A stretch of 64,000 bases of DNA from Guillardia theta CCMP2712 (lineage: Eukaryota > Protista > Cryptophyta): the NCBI RefSeq assembly GCF_000315625.1, contig NW_005434643.1:1-64000 (forward strand). The letters are read 5' to 3'. How positions within the stretch are numbered: position 1 is the first letter of the stretch; each line of letters starts with the position of its first letter. The position numbers and the translations under genes were made by a program. This document shows positions 1 to 14,579 of the stretch, piece after piece. Under the pieces are notes generated by a model. That model saw only the letters and a program-made list of their open reading frames with translations, did no database searches and had not been told where the DNA came from.

Positions 1-566
1 GGAGAGAGGAGGAGAGGGGAGGGGGAGGGGGAGGGGGGGAGGAGGGGAGGGAAGTAGAGACGGGCTAAAGAACAGAGCAGGTAAGGAGTGGAAAAGGGAG
101 ATGGGAAGGCAGAAAGCAAGGATTCGACAAGATCCGTTGTCACCTTGTGAGCAAACGCGGCTTGCACCTCCTTCTCAAGTTCGATTTTTCTCTCGAGCAC
201 CATGATCATCCGCTCCTTCTCAATCAGATCCAACTTGACCTTCTCCTTCTGCTCTATTGTACTCTTGACCTGCATGAGGACTCAATTCAGTCTTCTCCTC
301 CCTTGTCCTCCTCCTCTGCTCTGTGCTCTTCCCCTGCCGTCTGCCTCCCTCTTGTCGCCTGTCCATTCCCCTTTTCCTCTCAACTGCTTCGTCCCCATGC
401 TTTGTCCTCTTCCCTTTCAACCCCCCCTCCAGCTCCATCCTCTCCTCTCCTTCTGTTTTCTCGTCCTCTTCCCTCCTCCTCCTCCTCCTCCTCCTCCTCC
501 TCCTCCTCCTCCTCCTCCTCCTCCTCCTCCTTCTCCCTCCCTCCCTTGTCATTCACCTCTTGGCAG

Positions 567-1696
567 GCGAGAGAGCTTGAGCTCTATGCGCTGCGTCAAG
601 CAGACCTGATTGAGTCTGAGGTGAGCAGAAGGCGACTTCTTCGTCCTCTCCCTTCACTTCCTCCCTCTCCCTCGCCCTGTCCCTGTCCCTGTCCCTCTCA
701 CTCCCTGTCCCTGTCCCTGTCCCTGTCCGTCTCCCTCCTCCCTTCCTCCCTCTCTCTCTCTCTTCTATCCACGTCACCTTCTACTTGTTTACATCTTCAT
801 TCTCCTCTACCTTCCCGTCCTCTTTCTGCCTGACCTCCTCACTCACTCCCTCCCTCCCTTCAACTTTCTTCAGGCAAATGCGGCCACAAAGTTGCAACAG
901 ACTGCAAAAACTCGAACATTGGAGTTTCAGACAACAAGGCTGCAAGTAAGATGGAAGAGATCCTCTCCTCCCTCCTCTCCTCTCCCTCCTCCCTCTCCCT
1001 CCTCCCTCTCCTCCCTTCTCTCCCTCCCCCTTCCCTGCCGCCTCCCTTTCTCTTGTTGCTCCTCCTCCATGACTCTGACCCCAGCGGATGTACGAGGAAG
1101 TGGAGAGTAAGCAGGCGGCTGTCAATGACTCGGCAAGACACTTGGAGGAGCTGCGACAAGTACAGGAAGCTCGAATGGCGACTAAGGTGAGGAGAGGGGC
1201 GCGGGAACGGAGGGATGAAGAGAGAGGGAGGGAGGCAGGGAGGAGGAGAGGCAGGGAGGAGGATGAGAGGCAGGGAGGAGGAGAAGAGGTAGGGAGGAGG
1301 AGGAGAGGTAGCTCCTAAATGGTTTCGAAGGAATGGAAGTGGTCGATAGCAAGCAACGGGAAGGAATACTGGTGGAACAAAAGGACCAAAGAGAAATCAT
1401 GGAAGGTCGCAACCTTCCTCTCCTGCCCCTGCTCTAGTCCTCCTGCTCCTGCTCCTCCTGCTCCTCCTCAACTCTGTGCCCCTCCCACCTTCTGCTCCTC
1501 CATCGCTCTCATCCCTCCTCTGCCCCTCCTTCTCCCTCCCTCCCCCTCCCTCTCCCTCCCTCTCCCTCCCTCTCCCTCCTAACAGCTTCAGCAGATTCCA
1601 CCCGTTCTGTTGAGTCTAGGACAGGAGCTTGAGGACTACAAGGAGCTGATGAGATTCAGACCTAAGGGCTCCCGGCCCAGCACCTCCTTCACGTGA
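567..1696 (+). CDS. Coiled-coil protein with C-terminal WW domain (5' partial, spliced)
   Basis: GT-AG exons at ~567-620, 874-945, 1085-1186, 1331-1405 and 1594-1696 join into ARELELYALRQADLIESE/ANAATKLQQ...RLQ/RMYEEVESK...MATK/EWKWSIASNGKEYWWNKRTKEKSWK/IPPVLL...PSTSFT*. The WW consensus W..G..Y(W)WN..T..S.W..P is present. The start was not located. Confidence 0.7.
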
Positions 1697-1789
1697 TATC
1701 CGGGAGGCGCAGCGACAGAAATCAGAGTCTATAGACCAATCACAGTGATCGACAACTTCTAGAACCTTCTCCTCCCTCCACTACCGCAA

Positions 1790-2035
<246 letters not shown>

Positions 2036-2211
2036 GTGCTCCTCTTTCGCCTCCACCTCTCCCTCCTCTGACTCAACTGCCTCCGCCGTCTCCTCCTCTC
2101 TTCCCACCCCCTCCTTCCTTTCTCCCTCATCAAGAGCAGGCCTAACTTAACTAGTCCCTCGTCCTCCCTCCTCCAGCACTCCTCTGTCGTCTCCCAGCTC
2201 CTCCTCTTCGG

Positions 2212-5002
<2,791 letters not shown>

Positions 5003-5204
5003 GGCGTTGGCGTTTCAGGTTCTGCTCAGACTCTCTCAGTCAGACCGCAAGTTTCTCCATCTCTGCGACATCCCTCGGCGCCTCACTGGCCGCACCCGCA
5101 TGGTCTCTCAACCACAAACCTCTTTCACCTTCCCTGCCATTTCCCGCGCCATCTGACCACCTTTACTCAATTTCACTTTAATTCTATTTAGCTAATTAGA
5201 TACA

Positions 5205-5650
5205 GCAATGCACCCGGTGACCGGGCCCGGGCCGGTACGATCATCGGACACCATCACTATCCGGTACGCCGCCGCCTAATCACCCGGTGGCACTGACAGT
5301 GCTCAGTCCGAGAGCCATCCATGAAGTGATGGCATCAGCGAGGCCCGGTCAGCGGCATCCCCGGGCCGATTCAGTCTGTCCAGCCGGGGCTGTCAGAGCT
5401 GTCAGAACTCTGGGTCAATTCAATCCGACGTCAAGTTGCGACCGACAGCCTGCCGCGCTCCCGGCTGACTCGAATGTCTCCCCCCTCCCCCTCCCTGTCC
5501 TTCCGGGCCTTTCCCTGGCGCGGTGACGGTGTGACCAGGTGCCACGGTGTGAGGGGAATGGGCGAAGGCACCGCGGTCACGACGGTGCCTGGCGGCGGGT
5601 TACGGGTCAGTACTTCACGGGGCTGAACTTCGGCCTCGAAATCGCAGACA
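5205..5650. other. GC-rich palindromic intergenic island 1
   Basis: Dense short palindromes (ccgggcccgg, gcactgacagtgc) and no credible coding frame. Lies upstream of KATNAL2. Confidence 0.6.
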
Positions 5651-5699
5651 TGAATTTTCAAAAGTTTCATTGACCGATGAGATGGGTGAGGGAAGTCGC

Positions 5700-5988
5700 T
5701 TAGCTGTACTTGTCCATGAAAGACTGATTGAACTTGCGCTGAGAAGAAGGCTGGTTAGTCACGAGAGGGGCGAAAACAAAAAGAGAGCCAACCAGCTTGT
5801 CAATGACGTCGTCCATCTTGCTCTCACTAGGCAGGAAGGTGGTGCGGAAATGAAAGCTCCCTGTTTCACATGAAGAACGTCAGATCGCCTCAAGCGCGGG
5901 CTTGCTGAGAGGCAGACCTTGCTTCTGTCGGAAACCGGAGCCGGGCACCTGTTGGGCAGGAAACGATTTAGACACAGAAAACAAACGC

Positions 5989-6071
<83 letters not shown>

Positions 6072-7781
6072 ACTCACCACACAGATTCCCGTTGCATCTA
6101 ACAACTCTACCGCATAGAAGGTGTCCGGTGTCATCCCTGTCGCAGTCCTTTACTCCCTTCGGGAATTGACTTGTATGAAAGACCTGCTTCCTTGGCTGCC
6201 TGCACCGCAGACGGCGGTAGGTGAATAGACGGAAAAGCGTACATGGCGCCTCCAATCTCAGTGCAGGTGATGTTCTTCATGCTGGCAAGGCGAAGTCAGG
6301 TACACAATCGGCAGCCTGGGCATGCTCCCGGAAAACAATCTGACCAACCTATTCAGGGCAGCATGCAGCTTCTGAGACCGTCGCTTGAGGGATTCAAACA
6401 GGTCCTTCATCTCTCTCTGCCCCCCCGGTTCAGGGAGCAACAAAGGGCAGCCATGCATTCCTGACCTCATACTGATCGTGAGACGGATCTCCTTTCGCCG
6501 GCGGGTTGACCATCAAGTCAACAATGATCTGCCCAGCGATGTTCGAACACAGACTGATGGAAAACAGCTGTTGCGAAGCAGCGAGTCACCTCAGCGACCG
6601 GAACCGCACGTTGCTCACATACCTTATAGATTTGCTCGACCACGACCGGGTCGATGTTGATCAGCTCCATGTAACCTCCGCGCCTTCCGCACTCTCCGAT
6701 CATCCCCTTGGAGACCGAGTGATACGAGATCAACTCGACGTTGCTCTTCATGTGCGTCACAACTTTGCGGAAAGATGTGAAAGGAACCTGAGGAACACTC
6801 AGTGACATGCAAAGGGATGGTTGTGCACATACGTCCCCATATACATTCGCTTGGTAAACTTCATCTGCCAGTATCACAAGATTGTTGCGCTCACAAAACT
6901 CCACGACTTGGCGAATATTTGCCTCCGTAAGGCATTGCCCAGTGGGATTTCCAGGGTTAATCACCGCAAGTGCCCTGACGTTTGTGCCCTTTGAAGCAAG
7001 TCAAGACATGGAAACAAACTGAGCGAGGAGGAAAGGTAACCTGATTCCTAGCCTCCCTCAACGCCCGATCAAGCTCAGAAACATCCAAAGTCCACCCCTG
7101 CGATTCGTCCAGGTAGTACCCCACCGCTCTCCCGCCGTTCAGCGAGATGGTGGCAGTGTACAGCGGGTACTGAGGGATGGGTATCATGATGCCATCAAGC
7201 TCGTTCTTCACAAGACACATGATCGAGATGTGGACCCCCTGGCTTGCGCCGTCAGTGAGAAAGATGTCATCAGCGTACGCCGTGACTCCATCTCTCTTCG
7301 CAATGAACTTGGCTACATTCTCCCTGACGTGCCGTAGACCTTGACTCTCACTATAGGCTCCTGTGCCGCCAGGTGTGTTCTTGTGAAAGTCTTTTGCGCG
7401 GGCGATGGCATCGGCAGGGAATACTTCCGAGCAGCCTTGCATGTCCAACAAGTCTGGATAGTCTGTCAGCGCCAAGACCTGACGGAAAAACGTGATCGGC
7501 TTCTGCTTCAACTGGTGAGGGTTGCCGATGTTGCAGTACAGGATCTCATTAAAAGGCAGCGTTTGTTTCTGTTGCAGGGCACGTTCGTGCTGCATCGCGC
7601 GAAGGACAAGGGCACCACGGACGGCATACTGCGCTTCGAGCACCTTAGGATTGATGGAGTCAGGAGTCAACTGCATGCTGCGGACAAAACTGATTGGGAG
7701 CGAGGCAGATTTCCTTAGCCTGCCGATGGTGGCTGAAAAAACTCCACATTGGGTGGATTTGTTAAAGACAAGACGCTGCAT
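5700..7781 (-). CDS. Alanine aminotransferase (PLP class I/II), probable mitochondrial presequence, multi-exon
   Basis: Motifs AQYAVRG, CNIGNP, GAYSESQG, IFLTDGAS, PIPQYPLYTA, INPGNPTGQ, ADEVYQ, the PLP-Lys motif HSVSKGMIGECGRRGGY, GAMYAFP, VPGSGFRQ and HFRTTFLP; ends FMDKYS*. The N-terminus MQRLVFNK... is Arg/Ser-rich and lacks acidic residues. Confidence 0.93.
5989..6071. repeat. (TGTC)n / (GACA)n microsatellite in an AlaAT intron
   Basis: About 20 perfect tetranucleotide units. Confidence 0.95.
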
Positions 7782-8449
7782 AGATGTGAAAATGTCCAGA
7801 GTGACAGAGAGACTACACAGAGAAGGGATCAAATCCACTGCAGCGATTCAGATCTTATGGAGACGACTGTGAATGAATGCGGCCAGTTCCTCCCATTGTC
7901 TATCTTGGCATGGTGGAGACCCTGAAAACACAGCAGTTTTAGGGAAAACAAGGCACAAAGCATTGCAACTGAAACTAGAACAAGTTCATTCTCCCCAAGA
8001 TTTCAGTGGAAAGGGATTGGCGTGCAAAACAAGTTCAACAGACCGAACATCATGCCAAAATTATGGCGAGTTTATCACGGGAGTACTGCTCTTTCCATCA
8101 ACATTCCTTTGAACATGAGAGGAGAGTGGGTATCTCATTATCGAAATTTGTTGAATCAAGGAAAAGAAATTCATCAGAAGCTACACTTCATCCTCACGAC
8201 CCGCAATATCTGCTGCTTCATAACTTTGTCTCGGGCATTGCACCGTCAACTACCCTGCCCTCAAGACTCCACAGGGAACACCCTGTCCTCTTCCTCTTCT
8301 CTCCCTCCATCATGTCAGTGCTACCATGTTAAGATGTGCAAGAGCATGCGAAGTGCTGCATATCAGCATGGGCAACGAAGCGGTGCCATACAACAGGCCA
8401 GTGCGGGGAGCCAGCATGCGGCGCTGCAAGAATTGGGGAGGAAGGTCTT

Positions 8450-8740
8450 TGGGGTGGGGGGTAGTTCCATCTAGGGTACTTCTTCACATACAGGGTGTAG
8501 TGGTACTTGTGTACCTACTTGTTAGTAACAATTTTGAAGTCAAAGTGAGGGTATGAGATAAATGAAGGGGGTACTTGAATTAGGGAGTGGGTAGGGACCT
8601 TTGTAGGAGGAATGTGGGTGGGTAGTGAACAAATTTGCGGATTTCACCTATTATCGGAAACTTTGGAAGTTTCAAAACATTGAGAGTTTAGGCACTGAAA
8701 GTTTACGAGTACACTTGAAAGTTTCAAACTTTGAAGGGGT
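8450..8740. promoter_or_regulatory. TACCC/GGGTA-rich intergenic tract (candidate promoter region)
   Basis: Repeated ggggtag, agggtact, ggggtact and gggtagg words between AlaAT (-) and the divergent ORF at ~8.9 kb (+). Confidence 0.35.
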
Positions 8741-8988
8741 GGACGAATTATTGGCAGAGCAGACGGGATAGAGAGGAAGAAGAGAAGGGAGAAGGGAGGA
8801 AGGAACAAGGAGGAAGGAGGAAGGAGGAGGAAGGAAAGAGGAGGAAGTGGCAGCACGAGGACCCACCAGCAAGAACAAGCTTGTGGAAGAGTGAGCTAGA
8901 AGCTACTTGGAGAGGAGAAGAGGCGACCAGGGCAAACAAAGCAGCACTTTGAAATTCGATTCAGGCCGGACGGGGTTGCGTCAGCCAA

Positions 8989-9443
8989 TGCAAGGAGGGA
9001 CTGGGCGTGCGGGAGCGAAGAGCATGAAGGGATATCATCACGTGGATATTGTTGTTCCCTCGTCCTCCATCGATGATGAGCAGAATCGGGCTCCTAAGTC
9101 AGAGTCGGCGAATCAAGCCGACGCCGGGCCATCGGATGATGGCGTGTCGAGCATGACTCGCTTCTCGGGAGACTGTGTCAAAGTGTTCTGGTCCAAGAAG
9201 GCGAAGTTTGTTAGTCAGGACCCCTGGCCAGTTGTGCAGAAGCCTGCTACACGCCATGGCCATGAAGTCTACCTTGAACACGGCGAGGACAGTTCGATTC
9301 CATCGGATGTTGCAGAGGATGGATCGAAGGTGGACGACCAGGGTGTTCCAGATGAAGACTATGGCGCCTTTGACAGAGGCCCTTTTGTTGTACACCCGAC
9401 CAACAGCTCCCTGGCAAACACACAAAGAACATTTTTATTGTGA
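8989..9443 (+). CDS. Hypothetical protein
   Basis: Uninterrupted ~150-aa ORF of normal complexity (MQGGTGRAG...QRTFLL*), followed by AT-rich UTR-like sequence. No recognised motif. Confidence 0.4.
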
Positions 9444-9829
9444 AGATGCTCTCGATTACAAAACGCTTTCTTGTTTTCCTAGCAATTGACATCAACTGAC
9501 TTGGTTACAAATTTCATATCTGCGATGGTTTCCTAAGCTCAATATTTGTTTCTCCTGCTACTCATTTCTTCGCTATATGTTTGTGGAATATCTTCTCTAG
9601 AGGAGCTTCACATTGCTTCACAAGATCAGGAATATGTACGAGTACGTTAAGACACGGTTGGTCGTACATGGCACAATCAAAATTCACAGGCAACTTATTA
9701 GTTCACTTGTGTTGAGCTTGTGGTCAGTGGGATCAGTCATGCACAGATCATTATTGGACTACAATGATGCAAAGCCGGTGTTTGTATTTGAGTCGGCTTC
9801 CCTTCTCTTTCATATCCTTCAATGTACAT

Positions 9830-12247
9830 TCATAGCATATCGCAGTACAACTAGCCGCTGCTGCTGCTGCTCCCTGCTCCTCCTGCCCACCTTTTGATGC
9901 GACTCCATGTCTCTCTTCTCAAGCTCCAAGAAAGCAGCATTTCTCTCCGCAAACTGAAAGAATGCAGGTCAGAAACCTCAGCTGTGACAGAATCGAATCA
10001 TCCATAACAACATTCAACTTTTGATATTTCTTGATACACTACATGTCCAGCGCAGCATGTAACGGGAAAAAAATCGAGGCAGTAGCAGGAGTGGCAGGAG
10101 CGGCAGGAGCGGCAGGAGCGGCAGGAGTGGCAGCAGCGGCAGCAGTCTCGGGCCCGAACCAAGAAGTATGCTTGTTCATGTTCCGCGATCAGAAGAGACC
10201 TCAAGAGTCTTCTGCAACTTTTGAATCTCTGCTATGCTTGCAATGGGTTTCTTGGTACCTCAACACATAATTATGCCCTCGCGGTCAGCCGCCACGGACT
10301 TCGGCTCTCCAGGTGTTCCATCAAGTGTGTGACCTGCTTTCGATCTCGGTGTTGTGTGTACAACAGTTGGCTACAAAAGTCGGTAAATTGCACCTACAAG
10401 ATGCGATTGCATACACACACAGGTCACACGTGGAAATGAAGCTAGATTTGATTTATGTACAACAGAGTCTTTACATTTTGGGTGTGCCGTGTATGATGCA
10501 ACTTAGCACACATGCAAGGCTTTCCTGTGTACGCAGCAGTCAGGGTGCAGGCGGCCGCTACTCCGCTTGCGAAAGGTCCAGCATTTCCTTGGATACTGCT
10601 CGATCATCAAGTGCACCAAGGTGTTTACTGGCCTCGGCATCTCTCGTACAACACGATCCCTGTTGCGTGAAACAGAGTACGCTTGCCGAGTTGCAGTGCC
10701 TTGTAGTGGGTACGTTCGCCCAGCCTAGACGCATCATGTTCAGGGCTACTAGCACACCACAGCGGCTTCTTATCGCAGTATCAACCTTTTACGATTTTCT
10801 GCATGATGTCGCCAAGTCGTTACCACTAGGCCAATCCAGTAACGCATAGTGGGTGCGATCATCACTTCCCCTTGCCCGGAACTTGGTGTCGTCGCTGCAC
10901 GAGGACACTGATTTTGGCCTTGCAGCCCCGGGCCGACCCAACGGTCCCGGCACCGGTATGAGGCCATCCGGTCCTTACGTCTGAAGTTGCACCAGTCGGA
11001 GCGAGTTCGGCAAATGCCTAACTGCTCGATGGTCGAGGACGGTAAGTTCCCCGCACGTCTTCAGCGTTAAGGTTTCGGTGTGCACTCATATCAGACCTTT
11101 CAAGTGCCTTTCAGCGAGCATAACACGGCGTTCCCACGTGCCTCTGCGTTTCTCCTAGCGTTTCAATTACGCTTTCAGAGAAGAGCGCTTGACATCTTTG
11201 AGGTGATAAGAAGGTGACTGCTATTTCACACTCTGCTGATCGTGTGGGGAAGCAGACGCAACCCTGACATCGCGCTTTGCAATATCAACTAGCTTCATGG
11301 AAGTTTAGAGCAACTGGTAGCGATTCGCACCCAGTCGGAACCCCTACCGGGGTATCAAGAGTACGTCATGCGCTTTCGAATGAAAGCACCTGAGACGCGC
11401 CATCGCCCTGACTGACAATCACTTCACATGTCACCATGTCAGCCCATCGTGATGGGGAAGCTGTGCTATGAAACTCTACTCCGTTCTCCCACTTTCTGAT
11501 TAGAGACTCCGATGACGCATCTGCGTCACTACTCTCTCAGGGAAATACCTGAGGAGTGCTTCGCAAAATGGTCTCGAATATCTCACACCAGAGGAATCTA
11601 CCTGCAGCGAGGTAGCAGCTTTGATTCTCTGATAGCTTTTTCAGCTTCAGGAACTGAGCTTCAGTCCAGGTCCACACGTCAGCTCGGCGGGGTCACTTGC
11701 GGATCCCCACTTACTTTATCGTGCGACTCGACATCCTGAACCTCGGCCAGACACGAAGTCTAGAGCACCGATGGTACAGGAACGTAAGGACAAGAGCTGC
11801 TTCAACTTGCAGTTTGTCCCTCAGAGCGTGTGAAGATTGTACTTTACATACATTGACTCACAACTTGCTTGCCTTCCAAAATAATTTCGGAAGTTCGCGA
11901 TCGTCGTCTGCCTTCATCGTTTCGGTTGAGGTTTCAACCCTCAGAGCCGTTTCGGTCTGGCATGATCGCTATCATCTTCACTGCCCATAGCTTCCGCTTG
12001 ACTTGCGGTTTTCACGTGCTTCGGTGCAGTTGACTCTACTCTTGGAGCGGCGATCAACATGTCGGTAGGGACACATCCTTTGGTCCTTGTCATTCTTATT
12101 CGGCATTTGAGACGTAAACATTTTGCTTGGAAATTCGAGCACTTCGAAAATCTTGCATATCCGTCTCAGGGAAGCAGCATCGTTGGTTTCTGTACAGTCT
12201 TGTGTCTCGTCGAAGGTAACGACAGCATTCTTTGTCTTCTGATACAT
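9830..12247 (-). CDS. Hypothetical multi-exon protein
   Basis: Short open segments (MYQKTKNAVVTFDE..., ETSTETMKADDDRELPKLFWK, YWIGLVVTTWRHHAENRKRL, FAERNAAFLELEKRDMESHQK) are bounded by plausible splice sites. The full model could not be resolved. Confidence 0.35.
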
Positions 12248-12499
12248 GTGGGAATGTAGCCTCGGGTCGCTATCATGCTAGTCGATCCTTTGCTCGTGAA
12301 GCTCAGTCAAAATCGCTGTTTCTCTTCGAGTCTTGGGTCTTGGAGGTCTTGGGTCTTGGAGGTCTTGGGTCTTGGGAGTTCCTGGTCGACGGTAGGCAAT
12401 CTACTGCACGGGCAAGCGCCATCTCGTTTCCATACCGTCTCCTCTTGACGCTTCGAGGTGGGGGCCGTCCTTTCGTCTCCCCAGCATCCACCAACCCCA

Positions 12500-13800
12500 C
12501 CCCTCTAAATTCTCTATTACCCCACCCTCTGTATTTCTTCATGGGACAATTTACTCATTGGTGGGGTACTTGACCCCACCCATCCAATTATCGTTGAATT
12601 GAAACTGCATGTGTATGAAGCCAACGATTTCATGACCCCCACCCTGATAGAACATGGATGTGGAAACCTGCGGACTACCCACTCTCGAGAAAGTACCCAC
12701 CTGTTGAACGAGTGCGCATCTCACCACCCCCTTGTTGAGAACCCCTACATATCCAGCAACGCTTTGCCCCCGAAGGTTGCCGTCTGAGGTCATGGTAAGG
12801 GTGGGTAGATGATTTGTAAGGAGGGGTACTGGTAGGCAGAATCGAATCTAGGTGGGTACTCTCACAACCAAGACAGAAGAATACCGGGTGATATAACCTC
12901 TGTTGGTAGGTGAGAGAGGGGTGGATGCGATCCATGACGCAAGTTTTAGGGTAGTGGGTTGTTGGTCATACAATCCTTGAGGTGGGTGGTCGCAGCGTCT
13001 AGTGTGGGGTTCTCGATCGACGTACGGAGTAGGCGGAATCCGAGATTTTGGGGAGAAATTTCAAATATTACTATGTGTGAATCTTTCTATAGATGTATAT
13101 TTCATTCTTTACCCCTACGCCGCTTCAAAATACCCCTCCTTGGTGGGTAGTAATACCATGGACTCAAAATTAAGTGAAAATAAGTAAAAGGAAAATGTTT
13201 ACTCACACCTTGACCAGTACACTTTGAGTAAACCCTGCCCTCGCACGGCTTTTTTTTTTTTTTTTGCTCTGAATTGATCAGTAGATCATTTACGAAGTTC
13301 AGTATGAAGGCCTCTTCCGGCGCCTTGCCCGGGGCCCGATTCGGGGCCGGGACCCACCCCCGTTCTGAGGCGAGTCATGGGATAGGTAGTCTGACCTCCT
13401 ACCCCTTGTATTCTCAAATTTTATGGGATTTTGACGGGGTACTACATATGATTGCATACTACCCTACCCCCACTAGATTCCACTGAACAAATGTACGTAA
13501 TAGCACCCCCTCGAGATATACCTGGAAATGACACCGGTGGTGCTTCTAGAGATGTGACTCTTTGATCAGAGGGGGTAGGGGTAATATCACACCCGTCGAA
13601 TATCAGGAATAACAAGGGGTGATAATGTCAACAAGATTTGGATCTGCTAGGTAGGGTAGTGTCCCCCGGTAAGGCCCTTGATGACCCTACACAGGGTACT
13701 CTGCTTACCATCAGGTCTTGTACAGGGGTAGTACATGGGAAACAAGGGGGTCATTTGCGTCCGGCAGGGGTGTAGTATGAGGGGTAGGGAGGTGACGCGT
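12500..13800. promoter_or_regulatory. Long TACCC/GGGTA-rich intergenic tract upstream of cpeA
   Basis: Many taccc, accccta, ggggta and gggtag words over 1.3 kb between divergent genes. No credible ORF. Confidence 0.4.
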
Positions 13801-13851
13801 AACAAATATTTGGCTTTATCGTGGGAGGAACAATCCCTGTTGAACATCAAC

Positions 13852-14525
13852 ATGGCCAGCAAGGTACGAACATGGACTTTGGGATGAAGATGGCAATGGA
13901 GTGGAGTGGAGGGCATGGGAAGATAGGAATAGGAAGATGCGGGAGAACATGAGAGGAAGAGGAAGAGGAAGAGGAAGATGAGGGAGGGGACAGAGGAGCG
14001 GATGCGATTTTAAGACCACTGAAGGAGCGAGGAGAGACCAATCCAGGAATTGGCAATTCCTGCTAGGATAGGGATGAAACATGTAGAAAGGGTTAGGAGG
14101 CACGATGGGATATCCTTACTCAGCGCAAAGAGCTTCTTTTTTCACCAACTTAACTCAGTCTGCACAGGTTCTCGCTTTCTCCGCTTTGGTTGCTTCCGCT
14201 TCCGCGTTTGCCCCCGGCGCCTCCGTGCAGCCCCGCCTCCGCTCCGGAGCCACCTCCGTCAGCATGACCATGGACAAGTCCAACCGTGCTCCCGTCGTCA
14301 CTGTCTTCGACCACAGGGGATGCCAGCGCGGAAAGAGGAACACCGAGTACCAGGGCCTTCCCGCTAACTCCCAGGACGACGAGATGCTCGTCAAGGTGAC
14401 TTGCTGCTGACCTGCTCAGTGACTGAGTCTGACGATGACGGCAGGTCGCCATGCAGAAGGTTGCCATCAACGAGGCCGCTGCCACCGACTTGGTCCAGCA
14501 GCTCCTCGGAACTTTGAAGAAGTAA
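13852..14525 (+). CDS. cpeA: Cryptophyte phycoerythrin alpha subunit (3 exons: 13852-13863, 14168-14395, 14445-14525)
   Basis: Spliced product MASK/VLAFSALVASASA-FAPGASVQPRLRSGATSVSM-TMDKSNRAPVVTVFDHRGCQRGKRNTEYQGLPANSQDDEMLVK/VAMQKVAINEAAATDLVQQLLGTLKK*. It has the ASAFAP signal/transit boundary, the AP.V.FDHRGC bilin-binding motif, EY.G and DDEM.VKV. Confidence 0.95.
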
Positions 14526-14579
14526 ATATCTCTTGTATGTTGTATCACATAGCATTAAAACTACAAAAATACATCTATC

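Noticed and set aside
7873-8474. Overlapping short ORFs upstream of AlaAT; also 32300-32780 minus and 17007-17219 minus
   Set aside because: No recognisable motif or consistent exon chain, so no gene call can be supported.
14105-14410. ORF-track start MGYPYSAQ... for cpeA
   Set aside because: It reads through an intron 3' end. The exon ATGGCCAGCAAG|gtac at 13852 gives a proper signal peptide.
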